From the IMG/VR virus record IMGVR_UViG_3300028228_000176, positions 637 to 64,636 of that record: DNA of 64,000 nucleotides; one strand, given 5' to 3'. Position numbers and translations under genes: made by a program. A model generated the notes under the pieces. The model worked only from the letters and a program-made list of their open reading frames with translations, was not told the origin of the DNA and did no database searches. Positions 45,673-55,094 of this stretch are shown here, in pieces. The DNA is from a virus. Taxonomy: Duplodnaviria; Caudoviricetes. Positions within the stretch are counted from its first letter, which is position 1. Each line of letters opens with the position of its first letter.

Positions 45673-45712
45673 ACAATATTTTATTAATTTTTGCCAACGC
45701 TCTTTTGGTTTT

Positions 45713-46513
45713 TCAAACCAATTGTGGTATTTGCTCTCGTAAGAATAAATAAACCTCTTCCTGTGTTATATAAGGTGTAGAAATCACATTGCTTCTATCC
45801 CCGTAATAATCTTCAAATTTATCATTGAATATTTGTTTTATTGTTGGGATTAAAGTTTTATCTTCAATTACTATCTTATAGTTTCTTAATGTTTGTTTTT
45901 CATTAAGCACCTTCCACACCTTGCTCCCCATCCTGCATATCCTAAAATCTTCTTGCAATGGTAAATATTTTTTACTCCTTTTATCATCCGCAACAACTAA
46001 AATGCTATTTAATTTAAACTGTTTTCTTTTATTTAGCTTGCCACTTACTGGTCTTTTGTAAATATTCAAACAGCATCGTAATTCCCTGTCAGTATATACT
46101 CTATTCCCCAAATCTTCACTATGTATTAAATCAAACTTAAATAAAGAGCGTGTTTTGTTTAGTAGTTTTATGCTCCCAATAAAAGCTATGTAATCTCCTT
46201 GCTCAACTGCTTTATTGTAAAAACTTCTGAATAAGTTGCCACTATCACCAAATGGGGGGTTTCCAATAACACACCTACCTTTAAAGTATGGCAAATCTAA
46301 TTCAAGGTAGTTCTTTTGTTCAATGTTTTCTGCTTCTGGTTCAATATCAAATGCAAGGTAGTTGTTATCTAAATATGGTAAAAACACTCCTGCTCCTGCA
46401 CTTGGTTCAAGCCATTCAGTTATGTTTTCAACTCCAATTACTTCTTTTGTTTTCTTTACACAATACTCTGCTAAATCAGAAGGTGTGTAGTATTTGTCTA
46501 AATTTATTTTCAT
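45713..46513 (-). CDS. Cassette 6: gamma-class N6-adenine DNA methyltransferase
   Basis: Motifs YYTP, LEPSAGAG and GNPPF. Confidence 0.8.
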   Translation of the reverse strand: MKINLDKYYTPSDLAEYCVKKTKEVIGVENITEWLEPSAGAGVFLPYLDNNYLAFDIEPEAENIEQKNYLELDLPYFKGRCVIGNPPFGDSGNLFRSFYNKAVEQGDYIAFIGSIKLLNKTRSLFKFDLIHSEDLGNRVYTDRELRCCLNIYKRPVSGKLNKRKQFKLNSILVVADDKRSKKYLPLQEDFRICRMGSKVWKVLNEKQTLRNYKIVIEDKTLIPTIKQIFNDKFEDYYGDRSNVISTPYITQEEVYLFLREQIPQLV

Positions 46514-46568
46514 ATTCTTATATTATTAAATTAAAAAAATCCCTCCCTAAAAATTAAAAAATACAGAT

Positions 46569-46632
46569 GCCTAACACTGTGTCATACGTAAGTTTGTGAA
46601 AAACAAACCAACGCATACACTTAACGTTATGC
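46569..46632 (+). repeat. attC-like site 6
   Basis: GCCTAAC-act-GTGT..CGT..GTTTG/CAAAC..ACG..ACAC-ttaac-GTTATGC. Confidence 0.75.
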
Positions 46633-46636
46633 ACCA

Positions 46637-46846
46637 TTAAAGTGCTTCGAACTCAATTTTGTGGTTAAATGAATCACCATTACCGCTTGCATGAATTGCC
46701 CATAAATTACCTTGTTTATCCATACCTTCGGCATAAGTTCCGTCAGTTAGTGTAATATCAAGTTCACAATATTCATGTAACCACTCTTGCATAGTCTGCT
46801 CATTATCGTTGTGAGCATATTCTGTATTCCAAATAAATGTTTCCAT
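46637..46846 (-). CDS. Cassette 7: hypothetical protein (probable start METFIW)
   Basis: Acidic 69-aa ORF between terminal inverted repeats that match at 14 of 15 bp. Confidence 0.65.
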   Translation of the reverse strand: METFIWNTEYAHNDNEQTMQEWLHEYCELDITLTDGTYAEGMDKQGNLWAIHASGNGDSFNHKIEFEAL

Positions 46847-46871
46847 AGTTAAATTAATTAAAATTAACGGT

Positions 46872-46938
46872 GCATAACAACACCTATAAATCATATTTTT
46901 CGTTCCTCAAAATCCGCTTCATAGCCAAACCGTTAGGT
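46872..46938 (+). repeat. attC-like site 7 (end of the array)
   Basis: GCATAAC-aacac-CTATAAA ... TTCATAG-ccaaacc-GTTAGGT. Confidence 0.7.
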
Positions 46939-46996
46939 GTAATATTAAAAAAGGCACTGTGCTGTGCCAAATAATACCTTGTTTTGTGTTTATTTA

Positions 46997-47308
46997 TTAA
47001 TATTTGTTTCCAAGTTGAACCATTGATTCATCCCTTCCATGTAAGCCCTTTCTTTTCTCTCCCGTATACATCAAGTCTCCATTGTGAACCAAGTTCGTTA
47101 AAGCTCTCCTAATGGATGTTATTGGTGTTTTTAGGAACGCATCAAGAGTTCCTAAGACAGACGCAGATGTAGTAAACATTTTCCCCTTTGTTGTTAAAGC
47201 CGATTGAGCGTAATTCATAGCTTCCATTATCACCTGCTTTTGAGTTAATGCTTTCTTTTTGTATTCCTTTAACTTTTCTCCGCTTTCGTTTGTTGTGTTA
47301 TAATACAT
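46997..47308 (-). CDS. Putative winged-helix DNA-binding protein
   Basis: PITSIRRALTNLV helix followed by a beta-wing. Confidence 0.5.
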   Translation of the reverse strand: MYYNTTNESGEKLKEYKKKALTQKQVIMEAMNYAQSALTTKGKMFTTSASVLGTLDAFLKTPITSIRRALTNLVHNGDLMYTGEKRKGLHGRDESMVQLGNKY

Positions 47309-47476
47309 AGTTATATATTTTTAATTTGTTTAATTGCTTCAGACCTTAATTCGTCTGCTGAAGTTTTACCGTTTAATTTTTCATAAGAGTGTATCCAATC
47401 CAGGACTTTAAAAACTTGGTCGTGACTTTCACAAATTCTTATCTTATTAACGATGTTGTTGTATTCTATTTGATTC

Positions 47477-47734
47477 CTACCTCTTCGCATTGTCTATGTT
47501 TTCGTTAATAACTTCCGTTAGTTCTTCGTAATTAACGCAAGACAAAAAAGACTTTGCGTACAATTCAACTAAATCAAAATCCTCAGTTTTGTTTTTAAAA
47601 AGAGATTCTCTAGTAATTTGCTGAATGTCGTTTGAATTTACTTTGTCTTTAAATTCTCGAAACCTTAGTATGTCAGTCCATACGCACCACGTTTCGTAAT
47701 TAAGGTGCTCGATGTTAGCTCTTACTTCTTCCAT
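47477..47734 (-). CDS. Hypothetical protein
   Basis: 85-aa ORF. Confidence 0.5.
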   Translation of the reverse strand: MEEVRANIEHLNYETWCVWTDILRFREFKDKVNSNDIQQITRESLFKNKTEDFDLVELYAKSFLSCVNYEELTEVINENIDNAKR

Positions 47735-47837
47735 AATGTTTATTTATTAGGTTTTAATGTGTTTATCTTTGGTAAATGTAAGCATTTTATATTAAATAAG
47801 ATGTATATATTTACATTAATGTGTTCATAGTGTTATT

Positions 47838-48056
47838 TTAAACTCGGCAGCCTTTATTGGTTGTCGGGTTTTTTTGTGGTTTAATTTTTTGAATGTTTCT
47901 TATAACATTGTTGTATTCCATAATAATTTTTTTCGCCTTCAACACGTGCTCACTTAATACGTCTTGTATGTAGTTTTTTAAGTCTTTATTTGCTTTAACC
48001 GCTAATATCTTTAACGGTTGCACATCTTCTATTTTTATATCTATAAGTTTTTTCAT
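47838..48056 (-). CDS. Small ribbon-helix-helix-like protein that reads through attI-like copy 3
   Basis: MKKLIDI strand followed by LKILAVK..LKNYIQDVL helices. Confidence 0.45.
   Translation of the reverse strand: MKKLIDIKIEDVQPLKILAVKANKDLKNYIQDVLSEHVLKAKKIIMEYNNVIRNIQKIKPQKNPTTNKGCRV
47841..47876 (+). terminator. + strand terminator-like hairpin directly before attI-like copy 3
   Basis: aactcggcagcc/ggttgtcgggtt (G-U pairs form on the + RNA) followed by a T-tract. Confidence 0.5.
47877..47916 (+). other. attI-like site, copy 3
   Basis: 29/30 identity to the motif, followed by att-GTTGTAT. Confidence 0.6.
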
Positions 48057-48307
48057 AATCTAAAGTTTAATCCTAATCTTAAATCTTCGTTTGCTTTTTT
48101 AATATCTTCTAATTGTGCTTTTTTTGTTTTGTAAACTTTTACTAATGCACCAAAAACTTTTACAACTTTATTTTTTAATAAGAACTTATTTTTTAATTCG
48201 TATGCTTCATCTTCGTTTTTAGTTACTAATAAAACTTTTTTATAAGTGTTGTTTACTACTATTGTAAAACCTTCTTTTCTTAAATCTTGTGCTTCTTGAA
48301 TTGTCAT
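48053..48307 (-). CDS. Hypothetical protein (probable start MTIQEA) with its own TATATTTG promoter box near 48340
   Basis: Overlaps the next gene; caaatata lies upstream on the + strand. Confidence 0.5.
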   Translation of the reverse strand: MTIQEAQDLRKEGFTIVVNNTYKKVLLVTKNEDEAYELKNKFLLKNKVVKVFGALVKVYKTKKAQLEDIKKANEDLRLGLNFRL

Positions 48308-48421
48308 AATTTCTAACGCTTTAATTATTATACTGCAAATATACATTGTATATATTATATACACAAGTATTATATAATAATAATTATAAATGTTTTGTTT
48401 TTATTTATACGTGTACAGCAT

Positions 48422-51400
48422 TCAGTTTAATACTTGTAAGTAAAGATACGACACTTTGTTAAACTCAGTGTTAAATACCCTAAAGTCCTTCATGCTTGCA
48501 ATAGCACTTGATACGCTATCAAATCCCAGGTCTTTAGCAAACCTTAGTTTTCTCATATAGTAGCTGAATGCTATAATATCTTTTAGTTGTTTAGACTTGT
48601 GGTCATAGTTGTCGATCCCTTCGTCTCTTTTGTTTGTCTTTTTCATAATAGTTTCTTATTTGGTAGCCTTGTGTTTCCTTTAGGGCTGTATTAATTTTTT
48701 ATAAAAAAATAAAGGTTTTCCAATAGTGGGACAATAGGGTATTAAGTTATATAATTAACAAGCTAATGTCGCACTATTTTTACAATGATATTAGCATCGT
48801 AAAAAGGAGGTATTTTATTTTTTAAGTTTAACGACAAAGGAATTAAACCCCCTTGCTATAAATGTTTCTTCTTCCATCGAAAGTAACTTAACTCTAAATA
48901 CTTCGTCATTTAGATAGCTTACTTCGTCAATTTTTGGGTATTTTTTCGTGGTATCCCATTCCGCACCTATTGGTATAGTTCCGCTTCCGTCTCTTTTTAT
49001 GAAACTTATAAAATCTAATTTTTTGCCTTTCTTTTTCATGTTATTTGTCAATTAATATAAAACCATACTTTTCTTTGTAATCATCCTGGTCATGCTCACC
49101 GTAAAATTCTTTAGTAACGCCACCAAAGGAAACGTCTGACGAGCTTTCGACTTCTATTGATAGTGTTCCCTCAAAGCAGCCTCTGTACTTCGTTAGATGA
49201 CACGTATCGACATTAATTATTTTATTGTGGTATAGTATTTCGTCGGTTATTTTTATATGTACCATAATTGTATTTGTTAAGTTTTTTTAATAAAGTTCAT
49301 CAATCATTTTTAAATACTTTTTCGGCAACTTGTCGTAAGATATAATTGACTGGGTGCTTCTCTGGCTGTTAATATAAACTTCTTTTATTACAAAGTTGTT
49401 TAAAGTATTGCTTGCATCGAATAAAATTAAATCGCCTAGAGTTAAAACGCCTTCCCTTAGCAAAAGAAACTCACCTCCTTTACTTATGTATCTTTGTATT
49501 AATTCGTCTAATTTTGAACAACTTATTGTTTTCATAATTTCTATTTTTTAAGTGTTAATAAGCTGAAAATTGATGCGTTTCAAAATGTAGGTCTTGATAT
49601 TTGTCTTTTAGTTCGTGGTATTCGTTTTCTATAAAATCCTCAAAATCGTGAAAATATTCGTTCCAGTCTAGACCGTTTCTTTTTTCCCATTCGTTAAACT
49701 CTTGTTTTTTAGCTTCAGAATTTACTACTGCTAACCAGTCTTTATGGATTGTCACTAATTTGTTAATTCCTTTAATTAAGCTATCTAAATTTTGATAGTT
49801 TACGGCATTTTTAACGCTTTCAATTTTCTTTTTGTATTCGCTTTGGATGTTTAAATTTTTCATTTTCTTAGTTTTTATTTTTGTGTTTTGTGTTTTAGTT
49901 TTTTCTGTCATGTTTAGCCTTTTTGACTATGTTATCAATATTGGCGTTAAAAACATCTTTTGCACTTTGGATTTTGCTGTTAAGAGACTCTTCAAATTGC
50001 TTTTTTATGCCTTCTTTTGTTAATTGGTAGTCCCTTAGATTGCAGCTAACTTCCAACAATAAGCAGTCAAAAGAATAGCTATCCAGTATAGCTTGTGAGG
50101 TTTCGTAATTACTATTTAAATTTACGTTTGAATAATCCATCTTTTTAGTTTTTAGTGTTTGTGTTTGTGTTTGTGTTTGTGTTTTTAAATTATGTTTATC
50201 GCTCCTGAATTATCGCTTTTAACTAAACCGTTTTCCTTCATACCTGCTTCGCTGCTTGCCGTCTTGAAAATTGCCGCTTTAAGCTCCTCATTTTCTTCTT
50301 TGCTTAGTTGTATTGTTACTAATTTATCAAAGCTCAGGTGCATGAAGTAAGAACCTCCTGGGCGACTTTTGCTCAATTCGATTAAACCGATTTCGGGGTT
50401 GAAAATTCCTATTCTTTTACTGCTTTGAATTTTTACGGTTTTGTCTTCTTTGCTTATTGGATAGCAGACAAAATTTTGCTCACCTCTATGTCCTTTCGCT
50501 TTTAAGTCAAATTGAATGGTTCCCATTATTGACTTTTTTATATTTGTAATTATTTCCATGTTTCTAGTTTTTAGTGTTACTTCTTTCGTACATTCCTATT
50601 CCTTTTATGGTCAAATCATCATCGTATAAATTTATCCAATGCCAGGCAACATTTACTGAATTAATACTTGCTTCCTTCCATTGTCCATTTTGGATTGTAA
50701 AGAATTTTTTATTTTAGTTTCTTTTTCATCTTTTTATTTTTATTGTTATCAATTGTAATCATTTTTTAAAAGTTTATTTAGTTTGTTTTCAAATGGTGTG
50801 AATGATTTTGATATATGTACAATTTCACCGTTCAGCCATATTTTAAAAGTTAGTAAGTATTCACCTGGATACCTGCCAAATTCGACTAATAAAATTCTGT
50901 TTTCGTTACTAAAGTCGATGTTTTCCCCTTTAATTAGTCTGTTTTTTAAATCTTTCATTTTGTTTAGTTTTTAAAAGTTTTGTTTTATGGATTCTTCAAA
51001 ATTGAAGTTGTATACTTCTTCTTCATTAGCTTCATTTTCTAGTTCTGTTAAGTCTGAATCATTCCAGTAGAAAACAGTAATACTATTAAAAAACTCAATA
51101 AAAGATTCTGTTTTTTCACCTTGAAATTCACTCATAATGCATTCTATTATATTTTCAAGTTCGTAAATTGTAGAAACCTCTAATGCGTGGCAATAGTTAC
51201 CGTTTCTGCTTTCTAATATTTTATTTAAAATTACGTTTTTCATCTTTTTAGTTTTTAAATTATGACTTTGTCAATATTATAGTTATTGTAATTATATCGA
51301 ATATAATTATTGATAAAAATAATGTTTTTAATATCTTAAATGTTAATTTTTTCATCTTTTCAACTTGTTATTGTTCCATTTACATTAATTGTCACGCTGA

Positions 51401-51533
51401 AGTCTCCATCTTTATCACTGCATATAACCCCAATAGATTTGTCAGAATAAAAACCATAATCCCCAACTTTTAAAAGGCAAAAATTGTTTTTTAAATTATA
51501 CAAGGCTTCTATTTGTTTTGAATTTAATTTCAT
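48422..51533 (-). other. Cluster of about 12 short hypothetical early genes
   Basis: Tandem - ORFs (48422, 48815, 49041, 49287, 49555, 49895, 50185, 50749, 50971 and others) with AAAAACTAAAA-type leaders. A TATCTTTG box near 51573-51580 heads the cluster. Confidence 0.6.
48723..48777. promoter_or_regulatory. Dyad element, copy 2 (inverted relative to copy 1)
   Basis: atagtgggacaatag-N25-ctaatgtcgcactat. Confidence 0.65.
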
Positions 51534-52221
51534 AATTTTTTAAATTTAATTTTATACTTTTTTTGTTCGAGGCAAAGATAGTACAAAAGAAATGTAATTG
51601 ATTCAATTATTAGACTAACGGCTAAATATCTTCGACCAATGATATAATTTTGTCGACAAACGACGTTTTGGTCCTTCGTTAGTAAATTATAGTACTATGT
51701 AATGCACAGTAATGACAAACGTAATGGAATGGAGTATTACCTGCATTGGGGCCTTCATAAAGTATATTAAAGTGAATTAATATAACATAAACAGAAAATA
51801 CAACTTGTATAAACATACCAAGGTAGACGTTTGGGCTGTTATTATAACAAGGCAAACAAGACATAAAACAATAGACATGCTAGCCAGGGAATGAAGCAGC
51901 CCGGAAACTTAGATATGTTAACAGGTTTTACAACTTCAGTAACAGTAAAAAGTGCTGGTTAATTAGTAGGGTTAAAAGTTAGTCAGGAAGGTAGTTTGAG
52001 TATCCCCTCCCTCAGCCCTGTCATACCGTACGTTACAAAGCATCACTTAAAGTATTACTTTAGGTAAAAGGTAGATAGTATGGAGGAAAAAGGTGAATAT
52101 ATTGGTGTAATATATAAAAAGGTAAAAATAATATTCCTTTTTTTGTAAAACACTATGGGGGGTTTGATTTGGAAAACGTTTTCGGTTTTAGTTTGCGTAT
52201 TGTTTAGCGTAGTATAACCCC

Positions 52222-52281
52222 CAATCCCTATATATCTAACACAATCCCTATATATCTAACACAACCCCTATATATCTGACG
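52222..52281. repeat. 20-bp tandem repeat, 3 copies (CAATCCCTATATATCTAACA), in the divergent non-coding region
   Basis: Read directly; the third copy is degenerate. Confidence 0.85.
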
Positions 52282-52467
52282 TAATCTGTAAATATATCAC
52301 ATAATCCATACATATATGGAAAGAGTTTCTATAAAGGCTACCCCATGTTGTTTTAGGGGGGTATCTTATGACGATGCTTAGTGTGTGGTGTTATGCATTA
52401 GGGGGTATAAATTTTTTATTAAAAATAAATAGTGGATAAATCAGTGTTATATGCCACTGCATTTCAA

Positions 52468-52519
52468 ATAGTGCGACATTAGCCTATTTAGATTATATTG
52501 CACAACCTAATGTCCCACT
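52468..52519. promoter_or_regulatory. Dyad element, copy 3
   Basis: atagtgcgacattag-N24-ctaatgtcccact. Confidence 0.65.
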
Positions 52520-52589
52520 TTATGAGTTTGATATTAGGTGTTAGTTTTACAACTTGGATTACATTGTATTTTGGTAATTAATTAGTATT

Positions 52590-53068
52590 ATGTGTAAGTA
52601 TATAAGTAGTAATATCGACATTAAAATAGTATGTATGCGTAAACAGAAACTAAGTGCTGAGGCATCGGCAAAGAAAGCTACTCGTGACCTTGCTATTGCT
52701 AAGACACCTGCAAGAAGGGAGAAGAAGAGGGAGAATCAGGTTAAGCGTAGAGAAGTTATAAAAGAAAGGGGTAAGTTGTTTTTAGTTGGTAAGGACTATG
52801 ACCACAAGGATGGTAAGTTTAAGTCTGTTAAAGCAAATAGAGGGAATGATGGGAATGGTACTAAGAAAGAAAAGAAATAGTTATGAAGGGAGTTGCACAC
52901 TATAAGAAAGATGGTACGATTTACAAAGGTAAGGGTACACATAAAGACGCTAAAGGTAAGTTAATGTCTGGTAAGAAACACGCAGCGTCTAGTAAGTTCT
53001 TGTTTCATATGGAGGAGTTACCAAAGGCTGTGCAAGCAAAAACTAAAAAAGAAATAAAACAAACATAA
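52590..53068 (+). CDS. Two small basic proteins (52590-52880 with an HNH-like DYDHKDG remnant, and 52883-53068)
   Basis: K/R-rich ORFs at the start of the + arm. Confidence 0.5.
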
Positions 53069-53069
53069 A

Positions 53070-53942
53070 ATGGCATTAAATTATACATATCCAGTAAAGG
53101 GTACACCATCGTCAAATGATGAGATATTAATTATAGATAGTCAATCACCAAACATTAACGCAACTAAGAAAGTTAGTGTTGCAAGTGTATTGGCTCTTGG
53201 TACTGGAGAAGACCCAGGAGTTCAGACATTCCAAGCTACAAATAGTACCTTTATTACATACACACCTAATACAGCATCGACAGGTTCTGTTACATTAACT
53301 GGTGCTCTTTCAGCTACTGGTACAGCAGGTGCTACAACGTTCCTTAGAGGGGATAATACTTGGTCTACTGCTATTACCGCAGTTAGTGCTTCCATAGGCT
53401 CACCTATTAGTGTATCTACTACAAGTGGAGTTGCTACAGTAGGGTTTACTGGAGCGTTGGCTATTGCTAATGGTGGTACAGCTTTAACAAGTGTAGGTAC
53501 AAGTGGTCAAGTACTTGTTTCTAACGGTACTGCATTGGCTTATGGCACACCAACAGATACTACTAAGCTACCTTTAGCTGGTGGAGCAATGACTGGTGCT
53601 GTTACAGGTAATCAGGCAGTGACTGCGTTTAGACCATATGCAACTATTGCTGGAACATCTGTTACATTGACAGACGCAGAGATAGGTAAATTACTTATTA
53701 CATCTAGTTCAAGTACTGTAACATTGACAATACCAGCAGATGCAGCATCAACAACATTCCCTTTAGGTACTGAGATGGATTTCTTTCAGAATGGTTCAGG
53801 TACAGTTAGTGTAGTAGGTGCAGCAGGTGTTTCTATTAATGGAGTTACCGCAGGAGTTGGTGTAACAATAACAGCCAGATATGGTGGATTATCAATAAAA
53901 ACTATAGCAGCCAATACTTGGATTGCAGTAGGTAAGATATAA
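53070..53942 (+). CDS. Tail fibre-like structural protein
   Basis: T/G/A/S-rich; motifs TFLRGDNTW, LAIANGGT and LPLAGGAMTG. Confidence 0.65.
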   Translation: MALNYTYPVKGTPSSNDEILIIDSQSPNINATKKVSVASVLALGTGEDPGVQTFQATNSTFITYTPNTASTGSVTLTGALSATGTAGATTFLRGDNTWSTAITAVSASIGSPISVSTTSGVATVGFTGALAIANGGTALTSVGTSGQVLVSNGTALAYGTPTDTTKLPLAGGAMTGAVTGNQAVTAFRPYATIAGTSVTLTDAEIGKLLITSSSSTVTLTIPADAASTTFPLGTEMDFFQNGSGTVSVVGAAGVSINGVTAGVGVTITARYGGLSIKTIAANTWIAVGKI

Positions 53943-53952
53943 ATATAAATAT

Positions 53953-54728
53953 ATGTTTGGAGCAGGATTTGGAAATGCAGCAAGTGGTACGCCTATAAAT
54001 GCCATACTTGCTTACAGCCCACACAACGTTTGGGATTCAGAACACATAACACAAGGTGGTGGAGTATTTGAACTTAGTGACTACAATATCGTAGGTACTA
54101 AGATTAACTTGAAAGCAGATACAGCTTTAAGTATACCAGAAATTAGTAACTGGGCAGCAAAGTCTGGTGTGCCATCTGTTATATTTAATGGTACTGGAAA
54201 CATGGTGTATAATACAGGTATTGAGGCAGCAGAGTTTAGAGAAAGCGATAGCACTGGTGTATATGTTTCTGTATTTAAAAGATTAGATACAGGTACAAAT
54301 AGAAATTTATTTTTATTAACATCGACAAATGGAGACATCACCAATAAATCAATAAACCAAACAATAAACGCATCTTCTGATTCATTTGAGCAGCAGTTTA
54401 AAGATGCTTCTGCTAGTAGAGATAACGTTTCTTTTGGTTCGTCTACGGTAGTAAAAATGATGCAAATGTTTTCGCTGTTTCCTTTGACGGAGATGGAGTC
54501 TACAAGTTTAATGTAAATGGTTCTAATGATACACCTATAACAGTTACTACTGAGTCAAGATGGTTTAATTCAGTTTTAGATAAGAATAACGTAGCGATTG
54601 GTGGATTGATTGGTTCATCTAATTTATATGCAAATATAGAATGGTGCTTTACAGGGTACTTTCCTTATGTAAGCGATGACACTACATTAGAAATAATATC
54701 AGTATTAAAAAGCAAATACGGAGTTTAA
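53953..54728 (+). CDS. Putative virion beta-sandwich protein (frameshifted near 54455)
   Basis: Paralogue of 55094-55872; ends LKSKYGV. Confidence 0.5.
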
Positions 54729-54794
54729 GGTAAAGAACTATTTGCGGTTGTTTATTCTGAAAATTAAAAACAAAAAACAAATAAATAAATAAAA

Positions 54795-55094
54795 ATGGCA
54801 AACTCAAGCAAGGGTGTAAACCCTAGTAGATTAATCGGTATATTTGGTTCTAAATATCTAAATGTAGCAGAACACACGTCAGTAAATGCTTACGCTTTTA
54901 TTGCTCAAGAAGACACTGAGTTAAGCGTACTTCTTGGTGGTGATGCAAGTACTGCAATAGCAACAGATGATTACTTAACAGCAATGTCGCTAGGTAGTGT
55001 TACGTTAAAACAAGGGGCGTTAATACAAGCGCCACAAGGGGAATTGTTCCAGTCTATTACAATAGATTATGGAGCGTTAATCGTTTATAAATAA
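54795..55094 (+). CDS. Hypothetical virion protein
   Basis: 99-aa ORF. Confidence 0.5.
   Translation: MANSSKGVNPSRLIGIFGSKYLNVAEHTSVNAYAFIAQEDTELSVLLGGDASTAIATDDYLTAMSLGSVTLKQGALIQAPQGELFQSITIDYGALIVYK

Larger units (their letters stand above)
41983..46938 (+). mobile_element. Integron-like gene cassette array with seven cassettes and no integrase
   Basis: Seven attC-like hairpins, each separating single genes; each cassette has its own terminal inverted repeats. Confidence 0.8.

Noticed and set aside
41983-46938. CRISPR array interpretation of the repeats
   Set aside because: The repeats are diverse hairpins separated by whole genes of 0.2-0.9 kb, not identical repeats with 30-40-bp spacers. 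No cas genes are present.
42858-46938. Hairpins as simple intrinsic terminators
   Set aside because: They lack consistent U-tracts. Terminators would not explain the conserved TAAC/GTTA boxes or the complementarity between the two ends of each cassette.
50155-50182. (TTTGTG)n microsatellite as a contingency locus
   Set aside because: It is intergenic and resembles an expansion of the A-rich early-gene leader; one sequence gives no evidence of variation.
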